Shown in pieces: positions 48,837-58,341 of a stretch of 64,000 bases of DNA (position 1 is the stretch's first letter; each line of letters opens with the position of its first letter). The translations under genes were made by a program, and so were the position numbers. The stretch lies in the NCBI GenBank assembly GCA_045536565.1, contig JAZSNU010000020.1, positions 71,275 to 135,274 of the forward strand, written 5' to 3'. The DNA is from Clostridia bacterium. GTDB taxonomy: Bacteria; Bacillota; Clostridia; TANB77; CAG-465. The notes under the pieces were generated by a model. The model saw nothing but the letters and a program-made list of their open reading frames with translations, had not been told where the DNA came from and ran no database searches.

Positions 48837-50436
48837 GAATATAAAACTTGCAATTTCAACATTGTGCATGTGTATAATGTGCATAACTTCCAACAAAATA
48901 TATGGAATAAGCGAAGATTTTAAATTTGTAATAGATACAATAGGTATACCTAGATATAATGTATATGGAAAAGAGATTAATGAGGAAGTATATAAAGCAT
49001 ATAATATTTTTTCTTATGGCTGGCCAGAAGAATTGGGTGCAGATATAGGGCAAAGATGGAAAGGTTCAAAATATGGTTTATGGGCACAAGGAATAGGGGA
49101 ATATACTGGAAGTGGAACAAGAGGAGAATATAATTTGCTTGGTAAAGATTATAGTGGGAATATCATTAATAATTATTATTTTCCTGTGGATTTTATTCCT
49201 ACAGATACACCAGAATATTGGGAGTACTGTGTTAATCCTGGTGCAATAGAATCTTGGAATGATAAAAACAAATACAAATATGTTGAACAATTAGAATATA
49301 TGAAAAATACCAAATTGCTTTTTAATGATATTTCAAGTAGAGATAATGCAGATAATCCAGATATGATGAGAGAATATAACATAAGAGCATCACAAATTGG
49401 GTTAGATAAGGCAAGATTAGATGTGTGTTCCACATGGAAAACAAATGGTATGATTTATGTTAAAAGAAGAGTAGGAAATAGTACTAGGTATGCAGTTTTT
49501 TTAACGAATCCTATGGCTTCTGATGCAAAAATTAAAGCATATATAGATAATGTAAGACTAAGTATGACTATGTATAAAAAACAGGACGAAATAAGAATAC
49601 CAATAAGTTATGGTGCAAACATAGAAAACATGAATGGGTATGCTAAGAAAGAACATATAAAAGAAATAAAATCTGAGTTATATATTAATGGGAAGGTAGT
49701 GGATGAAATAAGTGGCAGTAAAATAGATACAGTGGGTAAAAAATATGTATTAAAGTTATCCAGAGAAGAGTTAAATGAAAATGAGTACAATATAATAGAA
49801 ATTAAAAATAAAAGTTATGCACATACTGAATTTGCAGTGGATGGTCTCATGCAAAGCAGTAAAACTATAACGATAAGAGTATTTGTAGAGAAAAAAGAAG
49901 ATATCCCCTTTAATTTTGATAGTGTAAAAGTTTTAGAAAAAGAAAATGATAATCTGGTTGTAAGACCACTTGCCCAATTTAATTCGTCGGAAGAAAGTTT
50001 CGGAATAACAGAAGCAGGAAAATATTTAGCAGTAAAATTTAATATTAATGATAAACTAAAATATGAAGATTTACAGGATATTGCATTATACTTAAATGAT
50101 GAAAGAATAGATAGTTTTGAAACTAAAAGGTCTGATAATAGTAATGCTTGTTGTGTGATTTTTAGAATACCTACATACACAGATTCTACCATATTTGGTT
50201 GGAAGAGTTTAAGGCAGCTTTATGGTAATTATTTTAGTATTGATGAAACCCAGATAGGAAAAAGAATAAACAATGCACATGAGTTTGTGATAAAAGTAAA
50301 GTATAATGACAAGGAATATAGTGTAAGTTGCAACTTTGATACAATAGATGATTATGTCACTAATATTAATTATAGATATGATGGCGCTAAAAATAATAAT
50401 GAGATGGTATTGTTTTCGGAGTGGTTAGAAGAATGA
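48826..50436 (+). CDS. large secreted protein of unknown function (536 aa)
   Basis: GTG start after AGAGGTGAA. Signal-peptide-like N-terminus (LAISTLCMCIMCITSNKIYG). Rich in W/Y/N. Confidence 0.5.
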   Translation: MKVKNIKLAISTLCMCIMCITSNKIYGISEDFKFVIDTIGIPRYNVYGKEINEEVYKAYNIFSYGWPEELGADIGQRWKGSKYGLWAQGIGEYTGSGTRGEYNLLGKDYSGNIINNYYFPVDFIPTDTPEYWEYCVNPGAIESWNDKNKYKYVEQLEYMKNTKLLFNDISSRDNADNPDMMREYNIRASQIGLDKARLDVCSTWKTNGMIYVKRRVGNSTRYAVFLTNPMASDAKIKAYIDNVRLSMTMYKKQDEIRIPISYGANIENMNGYAKKEHIKEIKSELYINGKVVDEISGSKIDTVGKKYVLKLSREELNENEYNIIEIKNKSYAHTEFAVDGLMQSSKTITIRVFVEKKEDIPFNFDSVKVLEKENDNLVVRPLAQFNSSEESFGITEAGKYLAVKFNINDKLKYEDLQDIALYLNDERIDSFETKRSDNSNACCVIFRIPTYTDSTIFGWKSLRQLYGNYFSIDETQIGKRINNAHEFVIKVKYNDKEYSVSCNFDTIDDYVTNINYRYDGAKNNNEMVLFSEWLEE

Positions 50437-50918
50437 AAAGATTAAAAAGAGGAAATATAACTTTAATGTTATTTCCTATTGGTGTAATGTTATTAATTAT
50501 AATACTTATTTCAATTGCCTTTTTATACATTCAAATAATAGTTAAAATACATGATATTAAATCTAATTTGTTTTATATAGTATCATCTAGTGTTCAAAAA
50601 GACACATTAGAAAATTTATCATATAGGGAATACCTAATTGATAGTGAAAAAATAAAAGAAAAGATAAACTTTTTACTTAATAAAAATTATTTAAAAGAAA
50701 ATACTAACAATGGAATAATAGCCATAGAGTGCGAAGAGGTAAGGCTAGTAAAAAATGAAGGTGATACTATTAAGCATACAAATGGTAAATATAATTTTCC
50801 GATAATATGTGTAAATATACGAGTAGAGTTTAAACCAGTAATAAGCATAATAGGTGATAGGTTAAATATTAAAATACATGAAGATATTAAATTTAACCTT
50901 TTAGAATTTAGTAATTAG
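50433..50918 (+). CDS. TadE-like membrane protein
   Basis: N-terminal RGNITLMLFPIGVMLLIIILISIAF resembling a TadE/TadG N-terminal segment. Confidence 0.35.
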   Translation: MKRLKRGNITLMLFPIGVMLLIIILISIAFLYIQIIVKIHDIKSNLFYIVSSSVQKDTLENLSYREYLIDSEKIKEKINFLLNKNYLKENTNNGIIAIECEEVRLVKNEGDTIKHTNGKYNFPIICVNIRVEFKPVISIIGDRLNIKIHEDIKFNLLEFSN

Positions 50919-50936
50919 CGAAAGGAAATATAATAT

Positions 50937-51350
50937 ATGGATAAGATAAATAAAAAAGGAAATACTGTACTCACCATGCCTTTTGTTATTATAATATCAC
51001 TTACAATAATTATACTGTTTTCTGTATTTGCGATTAATATGATTATGCCATTTATATGGTATGAAAAGTTGCAACATATAAGTTATAAATATATGTATGT
51101 TATTGAAAAGTATGGGTATTTAACAGAAGATGAAAAGGAAAGCCTTATAGAAGAATTAGATAGACATGGATTTGATAAAGAGGAAATAAAAGTAGAAGCA
51201 CCTACTCAGCCATTAGGATATGGAAATATAATTGAGTTTAATATTAAATATAATTATAAACAAAAACTTCCTTTGTGGGAAGGAAGTTTAAAAATGGTTA
51301 CGAAAGATATACCTATAAATGTAAATAAAACCATTATATCGAAGATTTAA
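50937..51350 (+). CDS. small membrane protein associated with Tad-like loci
   Basis: N-terminal TM (MPFVIIISLTIIILFSVFAINMI); 137 aa. Confidence 0.35.
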   Translation: MDKINKKGNTVLTMPFVIIISLTIIILFSVFAINMIMPFIWYEKLQHISYKYMYVIEKYGYLTEDEKESLIEELDRHGFDKEEIKVEAPTQPLGYGNIIEFNIKYNYKQKLPLWEGSLKMVTKDIPINVNKTIISKI

Positions 51351-51354
51351 TAAG

Positions 51355-51960
51355 TTATATTTTACTAAGTTTTTGAAGTGCTCTTTTATCTATTATTAAT
51401 TTTGCCTTTTCTTTGATTAGTGTTTTATACATATCAGTAGCAAAAAAATCTTCTGAATATTCCGAAAGTATAACGAATGTTTTTAAGAATTTCTTGTTTT
51501 TAATGGAAGAATCAGAGAATAATATAAAATATGAATCCTCATATTTGTATAATGAGTTGGTTCCCATAAATGTATTTTCTGCTATAAGTTTTGAGCACGC
51601 TTCAAATATTTTATCAATATTATCAAATTTATAAATTGAACTTGCAACTGTATATTCAATTTTTGAACTTGTTTTTCTGCTTTTTTTAGGTGTATATTTA
51701 GAAAGTTCTGGTATATAATCTATTTTTGTTATAGTCACAACAAAAAGATTTTCATTATCAGATGAAGCCTCTACAAATAACTGAGAATCATCCAATATGA
51801 AGTCTTCGTTTAGATCGGTTTCTTCTAATAAGTCTAAAAATAAATCTTGTGCTCTATTTGAATCTTGCTCTATATCCTTTAATGATATTTGTCTTTGAGA
51901 CAATTCATCTATTGTTAAAGTTATTTTTACTTTGTTTTCATTAATCTTCTCTATTTTCAA
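51355..51960 (-). CDS. mecA: MecA-like adaptor protein
   Basis: MKIEKINENKVKITLTIDEL... N-terminal domain typical of MecA, acidic linker, C-terminal domain. Confidence 0.55.
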   Translation of the reverse strand: MKIEKINENKVKITLTIDELSQRQISLKDIEQDSNRAQDLFLDLLEETDLNEDFILDDSQLFVEASSDNENLFVVTITKIDYIPELSKYTPKKSRKTSSKIEYTVASSIYKFDNIDKIFEACSKLIAENTFMGTNSLYKYEDSYFILFSDSSIKNKKFLKTFVILSEYSEDFFATDMYKTLIKEKAKLIIDKRALQKLSKI

Positions 51961-52147
51961 GAAAATCTACTCCTTTCAAGGGGAAATAATATCTAGTTTA
52001 AGTATATGTATTATATGATTAAATGGTTACACTGTCAAGGCTTAGGCTAAGCAGTATTTATAGTATTTGTAGAAAGAAAAAAAGTATACAAATAAAATAT
52101 AAAAATAGAAAATATTGTAAAAGTAATAAAAAGTTTATTTGGAAAAG

Positions 52148-52176
52148 TTGAAAATGTCAAACTTTTATGCTATAAT
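52148..52176 (+). promoter_or_regulatory. promoter of rpsF operon (TTGAAA-17-TATAAT)
   Basis: TTGAAA at 52148-52153, TATAAT at 52171-52176. Confidence 0.5.
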
Positions 52177-52242
52177 ATACCAAGTTAATTTCCTTACTCT
52201 CACAAAAGGTGAGGGTCATAAGTCCATGAGGAGGTGAAGAAA

Positions 52243-52521
52243 GTGAACGCATACGAAGCAGTAATAATATTAACTAAGAAAATTTCTGATGAACAAGCAG
52301 AAGAAGTAAAAAACAAAATATCTGATTTAATTTCTTCAAACGGAGAAGTAGTAAGCGTAGATGATTGGGGAATGAAAAAACTTGCATATGAAATTAAGAA
52401 AGAACAAGAAGGTCACTATTATTTATACACATTTAATAGCAACCCAGAATTTATAAGCGAGTTTGAAAGAGTACTAAGAATCGAAGATAGTGTTTTGAAA
52501 CACATGGTTATAAAAAAATAA
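52243..52521 (+). CDS. rpsF: 30S ribosomal protein S6
   Basis: GTG start 6 nt after AGGAGGTG; (M)NAYEAVIIL... aligns with S6 N-terminus. Confidence 0.9.
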   Translation: MNAYEAVIILTKKISDEQAEEVKNKISDLISSNGEVVSVDDWGMKKLAYEIKKEQEGHYYLYTFNSNPEFISEFERVLRIEDSVLKHMVIKK

Positions 52522-52562
52522 GTAAATAATAAATTGTTTAAGACCAAAGGAGGTCAAAGTAT

Positions 52563-52973
52563 ATGAATAAATTTCAATTTTTAGGGAGATTAACAAAAGA
52601 TCCAGAGGTAAGATACACTGCAAATACAAATTCGCAAGTGACAGCATTTTCAATAGCGGTTAATAGAAGATTTGTATCTCAAAATGGTGAGAGACAAACT
52701 GATTTCTTTAACTTAACAGCATTTGGAAAAACAGCTGAATTTTGTTCTAAATATTTTAAAAAAGGACAACAAGTACTTGTTGAAGGAAGAATACAAAATA
52801 GAACATGGGAAGATCAAAATGGTCAAAAAAGATATGCAACTGATTTTATAATCGAAAATGCATATTTTGCTGATAGCAGAAGAGATGGAGCAGGAGATGC
52901 TTTTGAAATGCCAGCAATGAATGATTCTTCGGATTTTGTAACAGTAGATGACAGTGAAGACCTACCTTTTTAA
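52563..52973 (+). CDS. ssb: single-stranded DNA-binding protein
   Basis: OB fold, acidic tail ending SEDLPF. Confidence 0.9.
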   Translation: MNKFQFLGRLTKDPEVRYTANTNSQVTAFSIAVNRRFVSQNGERQTDFFNLTAFGKTAEFCSKYFKKGQQVLVEGRIQNRTWEDQNGQKRYATDFIIENAYFADSRRDGAGDAFEMPAMNDSSDFVTVDDSEDLPF

Positions 52974-52996
52974 TTAAAAGAAAGGAGTAGTATATT

Positions 52997-53257
52997 ATGG
53001 CAGATAATAGAAGAAAAGGTTCTAACTCAAAAGACAAACCATTTAGAAGACCAAGAAAAAAAGTTTGTACTTTTTGCGTTGAAAAAATAGACGAAATTGA
53101 TTACAAAGATGTAGAAAAATTAAAAAGATTTGTAAGTGATAAAGGTAAAATATTACCAAGAAGAGTAACTGGAACATGTGCTAAACACCAAAGAAAAGTT
53201 ACAGAAGCAATAAAAAGAGCAAGAACAGTAGCTTTATTACCATTTACAGTTGAATAA
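52997..53257 (+). CDS. rpsR: 30S ribosomal protein S18
   Basis: [11 protein letters not shown]...[17 protein letters not shown]. Confidence 0.9.
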   Translation: MADNRRKGSNSKDKPFRRPRKKVCTFCVEKIDEIDYKDVEKLKRFVSDKGKILPRRVTGTCAKHQRKVTEAIKRARTVALLPFTVE

Positions 53258-53431
53258 GAAAATATGAATGCATTTGCTATAAAGCAGGTGCATTTTTTTA
53301 TATAGTTTATTTTTTCGTTTTGTAAATTCTTAGTTTTTTGTCATTCCAAACCTATTATATATTCGTTGACAAAATATACAAAAAGTAGTAGAATATATTC
53401 GTAAAATTATATTCTGCAAAGGAGAATATTT

Positions 53432-55417
53432 ATGGCAAGTCCGAAACAAAAAAATATTAGGAAAAAATATAAGTTAAATACATACATAACAATGCCTATT
53501 ACATATCTTACTATTTTAATTATATTTACACTAATTAATCATATATTAAAACCAACACCAGTAATTATAGATATAATAATGGTGCTTATAATGATAGCAT
53601 ATACAGTTTATGTTATATACTATGAAGTAGTAAATAAAAAAAGTAAATTAAATGAGCTTTCAAGCGCATTTAATAGGGCTATGGGAAATACCTTTAAAAA
53701 CATTTCGCTTCCTGTGTTATATGTAACAGAACAAGGTAAATTAATATGGGAAAATGACAGGGCAGAAGAAATATATGCAAAAGAATATATACCTGAAATA
53801 TGGACTCATATAAACAAACAGTATGCAAAAAAAGATGGAATAGTAATTAACATAGAAAAAGATGAGTATGTAGTTTATCCTTCTGAAATATTTTTAGGTG
53901 GTAAATCAGGAAAAATATTAATATTTGTAGATAAAACAAGGGAAAAGGAATTAGAACAAATATTAGAAGATACAAGAGTAACAATTGGTATAGTATCAAT
54001 TGATAATTATGAAGAATCATTCCAAGGTGCAGAAGAAATAGATAAATTGAATATTTTAGCGCAAATAGATAATGAACTTGTAAAGTGGATTACTTCATAT
54101 AACGGAATGATAACAAAGATTGAAAAAGATAAATATATTTTTGTTATAGAAAAACAATATATAAAAACATTACAAGAAAATTCTTTTGAAATATTAGAAA
54201 AAGTAAATGATATTTCGGTAGATAAATTAAAAGTACCAACAACTATAAGTATTGGTATATCACATGAAGAAGAAACATTATATGGTAGATATAAATCTTC
54301 AACTACTGCACTTGATGTTGCGTTAGGCAGAGGAGGAAATCAAGCTGTAATAAAGAACAATAAAAAATATGATATTTATGGAGAAGGCGCAAAAGCACTA
54401 GACAAGACAAACAGAGTAAGAGCAAGAATAATATCGCAGGCTTTAAAAGATTTAATAGAAAAATCAGAAGATGTATATATAATAGGTCATAAGAATACTG
54501 ATATAGACTGCATAGGAGCAGCTATTGGTATATATAGAATATGTAAACATTTAAACAAAGAAGCACATATTATAGTGGATGCCAAGTATAACAATAGCAC
54601 AAGACTTGTAATAGATAGATTGCAAGCAGATGGTGACTATGAAGATGTATTCTTAACAAAAGAAGATCTTAAAAAGTTAGATTTTGAAAATAGCCTGCTT
54701 GTTGTGGTAGATACTCATAAGGAAAGTTATTTGGCAGTACCCGATATTGCAAGTGAGTTTGATAAAAAAGTTATAATTGACCATCATAGAAGAGGTCCAG
54801 AGTTTATAGAAGATTCTATACTTACATATCATGAAGTATATGCATCATCGACATCTGAACTTGTAACTGAACTTTTAATGTATATAGAAGATATTCAGCT
54901 TACATCAAAAGAGGCAGAAGCAATTTATGCTGGTATATTAGTTGATACTAAAAACTTTTCATTTAAAACAGGAGTAAGAACTTTTGAAGCAGCTGCATAT
55001 TTAAGAAAAGTAGGACTTGATATTACAGAAGTAAAACATATTTTTCAATCTGATTTTGAATCGTATGTTGCAAAGGTAGATACTGTTAAAAATGCAGAAT
55101 TTATCGATTCTCAAATTGCAATATCTGTAGTAGCAGATGCCGGAAATGAAGATATGGCAATAATTGCTGCTCAATCAGCAGATGAACTATTATCAATAAC
55201 AGGTATACTTGCTTCATTTGTTCTATGTGAAATAGATGGTGTAGTAATGATATCTGGAAGATCGCTTGGAGATATAAATGTACAGGCTATATTGGAAAAA
55301 ATGGGTGGTGGAGGTCATTTGACTTTTGCAGGTGCCCAAATGGCAGGGGTAACAATAGATGAGGCAAAAGAAAAACTATTAGAAGTAGTAAATGAGTATT
55401 TAGGAAAAGAAGAATAG
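53432..55417 (+). CDS. gdpP: cyclic-di-AMP phosphodiesterase GdpP (YybT family)
   Basis: Two N-terminal TMs, PAS-like, degenerate GGDEF, DHH (IIGHKNTDIDCIGA, VVDTH, IIDHHR) and DHHA1 (GGGH). Conserved position between rpsR and rplI. Confidence 0.85.
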   Translation: MASPKQKNIRKKYKLNTYITMPITYLTILIIFTLINHILKPTPVIIDIIMVLIMIAYTVYVIYYEVVNKKSKLNELSSAFNRAMGNTFKNISLPVLYVTEQGKLIWENDRAEEIYAKEYIPEIWTHINKQYAKKDGIVINIEKDEYVVYPSEIFLGGKSGKILIFVDKTREKELEQILEDTRVTIGIVSIDNYEESFQGAEEIDKLNILAQIDNELVKWITSYNGMITKIEKDKYIFVIEKQYIKTLQENSFEILEKVNDISVDKLKVPTTISIGISHEEETLYGRYKSSTTALDVALGRGGNQAVIKNNKKYDIYGEGAKALDKTNRVRARIISQALKDLIEKSEDVYIIGHKNTDIDCIGAAIGIYRICKHLNKEAHIIVDAKYNNSTRLVIDRLQADGDYEDVFLTKEDLKKLDFENSLLVVVDTHKESYLAVPDIASEFDKKVIIDHHRRGPEFIEDSILTYHEVYASSTSELVTELLMYIEDIQLTSKEAEAIYAGILVDTKNFSFKTGVRTFEAAAYLRKVGLDITEVKHIFQSDFESYVAKVDTVKNAEFIDSQIAISVVADAGNEDMAIIAAQSADELLSITGILASFVLCEIDGVVMISGRSLGDINVQAILEKMGGGGHLTFAGAQMAGVTIDEAKEKLLEVVNEYLGKEE

Positions 55418-55436
55418 TAGAAAGGGGAATTCAGCT

Positions 55437-55883
55437 ATGAAAGTAATATTAAATCAAGATGTAAAAGGACTTGGGAAAAAACTAGATAAAGTAGAAGTAA
55501 ATGAAGGATATGCTAGAAATTTTTTACTTCCAAGAAAGATAGCAAGTATAGCTGATAACAAAACTGAGTCAGAAGCAAATTCAAAAAAACAAGCAATTCA
55601 GTTCAAAAAAGATACTGATAGAGAAAATGCAGTTAAACTTAAAGAAAGAATAGAAAAATTAGTTTTAGAATTTAGATTAAAATTAGGTGAAGGAAATAAA
55701 TTATTTGGAAGTGTTACAAACAAAGAAGTAAAAGAAAAGTTAATGGAAGTTGCAAAAATAGATATTGACAAAAAGAAAATAGAATTAGATACTGTTGTTA
55801 AAACACCAGGAATGTATAACGCAAATATAAAATTATACGAAGGAGTAATCGCTAAATTAAAAATAAAAGTAGTAGGAATATAG
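55437..55883 (+). CDS. rplI: 50S ribosomal protein L9
   Basis: MKVILNQDVKGLGKK... Confidence 0.9.
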   Translation: MKVILNQDVKGLGKKLDKVEVNEGYARNFLLPRKIASIADNKTESEANSKKQAIQFKKDTDRENAVKLKERIEKLVLEFRLKLGEGNKLFGSVTNKEVKEKLMEVAKIDIDKKKIELDTVVKTPGMYNANIKLYEGVIAKLKIKVVGI

Positions 55884-55892
55884 GTGATTTAT

Positions 55893-57230
55893 ATGGAGAA
55901 AGAAGTAGTAAGTAAAATACCACCAAATGACATTGTAGCTGAGCAGGCCGTATTAGGCTCAATGCTTGCTGATAAAGATGCAGTGGTAAAAGCAATAGAA
56001 ATATTAAAACCAGATGATTTTTATAGAGAAGACCATAAAGAAATATACGCAGCGATGTTAGAACTTTATGGCCTTGGTGAACCAATTGACTTTTTAACAT
56101 TAAGAAATTCTTTAACGCAAAGAGGTACCTTAGAAAAAGTTGGTTCTGATATGTTCATATCTACACTTATAGATAGTGTACCTACTACTTCAAATATAGA
56201 ATCATATGTAAAAATAGTTGAAGAAAAAGCAACTCTTCGTAGCCTTATAAAAGCGGCTAACGATATTCTTGCAATGGGATATGCTTCAACAGAAGAAGTA
56301 AATAGTATAATTGAAAAAACCGAAAAGAAAATATTTGATGTACTTCAAAATAGAAATTCAAGAGGATATGTTAGTATTAAAGATATCCTTGTTGATACAT
56401 TCGATAACATTGAAAAATTATATAAGAAAAAATCAAAAGTGTCAGGTGTAGAATCTGGATTTACAGATTTGGACTTAAAGACTTCTGGACTTAATCCATC
56501 CGAGCTTATACTTGTAGCGGCTAGACCTGCTATGGGTAAGAGTGCGTTCGTGCTTAACATAGCACACTATGTAGCAATGCATGGCAAAGTGCCTGTTATG
56601 ATATTTAGTCTTGAAATGTCAAAAGAGCAAATGGTAAACAGAATACTATGCTCTGAGGCAGAAGTAGATAGTATGAAGGTAAGAACAGGTGATTTAGATA
56701 GTGAAGACTGGATAAAATTAGGTAAGGCAAGTGGAAACCTAGCAGAAGCACCTATATACATAGATGATACACCAGGACTTTCACCGGCTGAGCTTAGAGC
56801 AAAATGTAGAAAGGCAAAGCTTGAAAAAGATATTGGGGTAATAATAATAGACTATTTGCAACTTATGGAAGCAAAAGGAAAATCTGAATCAAGACAAAAT
56901 GAGATTTCAGAAATAAGTAGATCTTTAAAACTTGTGGCAAAAGAGCTAAATGTACCAGTTATTGCGCTGTCACAGCTGAGTCGTGCACCTGAATCAAGAC
57001 CAGACCATAGACCAATACTTAGTGACCTAAGAGAATCAGGTTCAATAGAGCAGGACGCAGATATTGTTATGTTTTTATATAGAGATGATTATTATAACCC
57101 GGACACTGAAAAGAAAAATATTGCAGAAGTAATTATAGCAAAAAATAGAAGTGGTTCAACAGGAACTGTTGAACTTGCATGGATAGGTAAATATACTAAA
57201 TTCGCAAATTTATATAGAGGAAGTAATTAG
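55893..57230 (+). CDS. dnaB: replicative DNA helicase (DnaB family; DnaC in B. subtilis nomenclature)
   Basis: Walker A ARPAMGKSAF, Walker B IIIDYLQL, arginine finger region. ATG after AGGTGATTTAT. Confidence 0.9.
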   Translation: MEKEVVSKIPPNDIVAEQAVLGSMLADKDAVVKAIEILKPDDFYREDHKEIYAAMLELYGLGEPIDFLTLRNSLTQRGTLEKVGSDMFISTLIDSVPTTSNIESYVKIVEEKATLRSLIKAANDILAMGYASTEEVNSIIEKTEKKIFDVLQNRNSRGYVSIKDILVDTFDNIEKLYKKKSKVSGVESGFTDLDLKTSGLNPSELILVAARPAMGKSAFVLNIAHYVAMHGKVPVMIFSLEMSKEQMVNRILCSEAEVDSMKVRTGDLDSEDWIKLGKASGNLAEAPIYIDDTPGLSPAELRAKCRKAKLEKDIGVIIIDYLQLMEAKGKSESRQNEISEISRSLKLVAKELNVPVIALSQLSRAPESRPDHRPILSDLRESGSIEQDADIVMFLYRDDYYNPDTEKKNIAEVIIAKNRSGSTGTVELAWIGKYTKFANLYRGSN

Positions 57231-58250
57231 ATGGCTAAAAGAGAAAATAGTATTTTAACGAAAGTAAAAAATAATATATTAGAGAATAACATGATAAATG
57301 ATAAAGACAACATTGTAGTAGGATTATCTGGTGGACCAGACTCAGTATTCTTAATACATGCTCTTGATTATTTAAAACATATATTCAAGGCTAAATACAA
57401 TATAGAATATGATGTTATAGTTTGTCATGTAAATCATATGATAAGAAAAGAAGCAAAACAAGATGAACTACTTGCAAAAAAATATGCAGAAAAATATGGA
57501 TTTAAATTTTATGCTTTGGAAAAAGATGTAGGTAGTATAGCAAAAGAAGAAAAAATTTCAGAGGAAGAATGTGGTAGAAATATACGATATGATTTTTTTG
57601 AAAAAGTGTTAAATGAAAATAATGGGACAAAAATTGCGGTAGCACATAATGCAAATGATAACGCAGAAACAGTTATCCATAATTTTATCAGAGGAACTGG
57701 ATTAAATGGTTTAAAAGGTATAAAATTTGTAAATGGAAAGATAATAAGACCAATGCTTAATATCGAAAAGAAGGACATTATACAATATCTAGAAGAAAAT
57801 AATATAAGGTATAATATAGATAAAACTAACCTGACAAATGATTATACTAGAAATAAAATAAGAAATGAGTTAATAAAAAATATTGAAGCAGAGTATAATC
57901 CAAGTATTGTTAAATCAATAAATAGAATGGCTAAAAACATATCAGAGGATATAGAATATATAAATGGTATGGCTAAAAATCAATATGATGAAATAACCAT
58001 AGAAAAAGAAGAAAAACAAGTTCTTTTAAATATAAAGGAATTTAATAATATAAATAAATCTATTCAAAAAAGGTTAGTTATAAACGCAATTTTGGATAGC
58101 ACTCATAGTATAAATGGAATAGAAGATAAACATATAGAAGATATTTGTGTGTTACTTCAAAAATCAATAACAGGGAAACAATATTCTATTGGAAATAAGT
58201 TTTTAGTATCAATAGAAAGAAACAAAAAAGCAAGATTTATGGGAAAATAA
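57231..58250 (+). CDS. tilS: tRNA(Ile)-lysidine synthetase (short form)
   Basis: PP-loop VGLSGGPDS. Confidence 0.8.
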   Translation: MAKRENSILTKVKNNILENNMINDKDNIVVGLSGGPDSVFLIHALDYLKHIFKAKYNIEYDVIVCHVNHMIRKEAKQDELLAKKYAEKYGFKFYALEKDVGSIAKEEKISEEECGRNIRYDFFEKVLNENNGTKIAVAHNANDNAETVIHNFIRGTGLNGLKGIKFVNGKIIRPMLNIEKKDIIQYLEENNIRYNIDKTNLTNDYTRNKIRNELIKNIEAEYNPSIVKSINRMAKNISEDIEYINGMAKNQYDEITIEKEEKQVLLNIKEFNNINKSIQKRLVINAILDSTHSINGIEDKHIEDICVLLQKSITGKQYSIGNKFLVSIERNKKARFMGK

Positions 58251-58341
58251 TGTCAAATTATGAAAAACGAAAAAGTCTGACAAACCTTGAATTTCGTAGT
58301 AAAATATGATAAAGTATTTGATATTAAATAGGAGGAAAACA

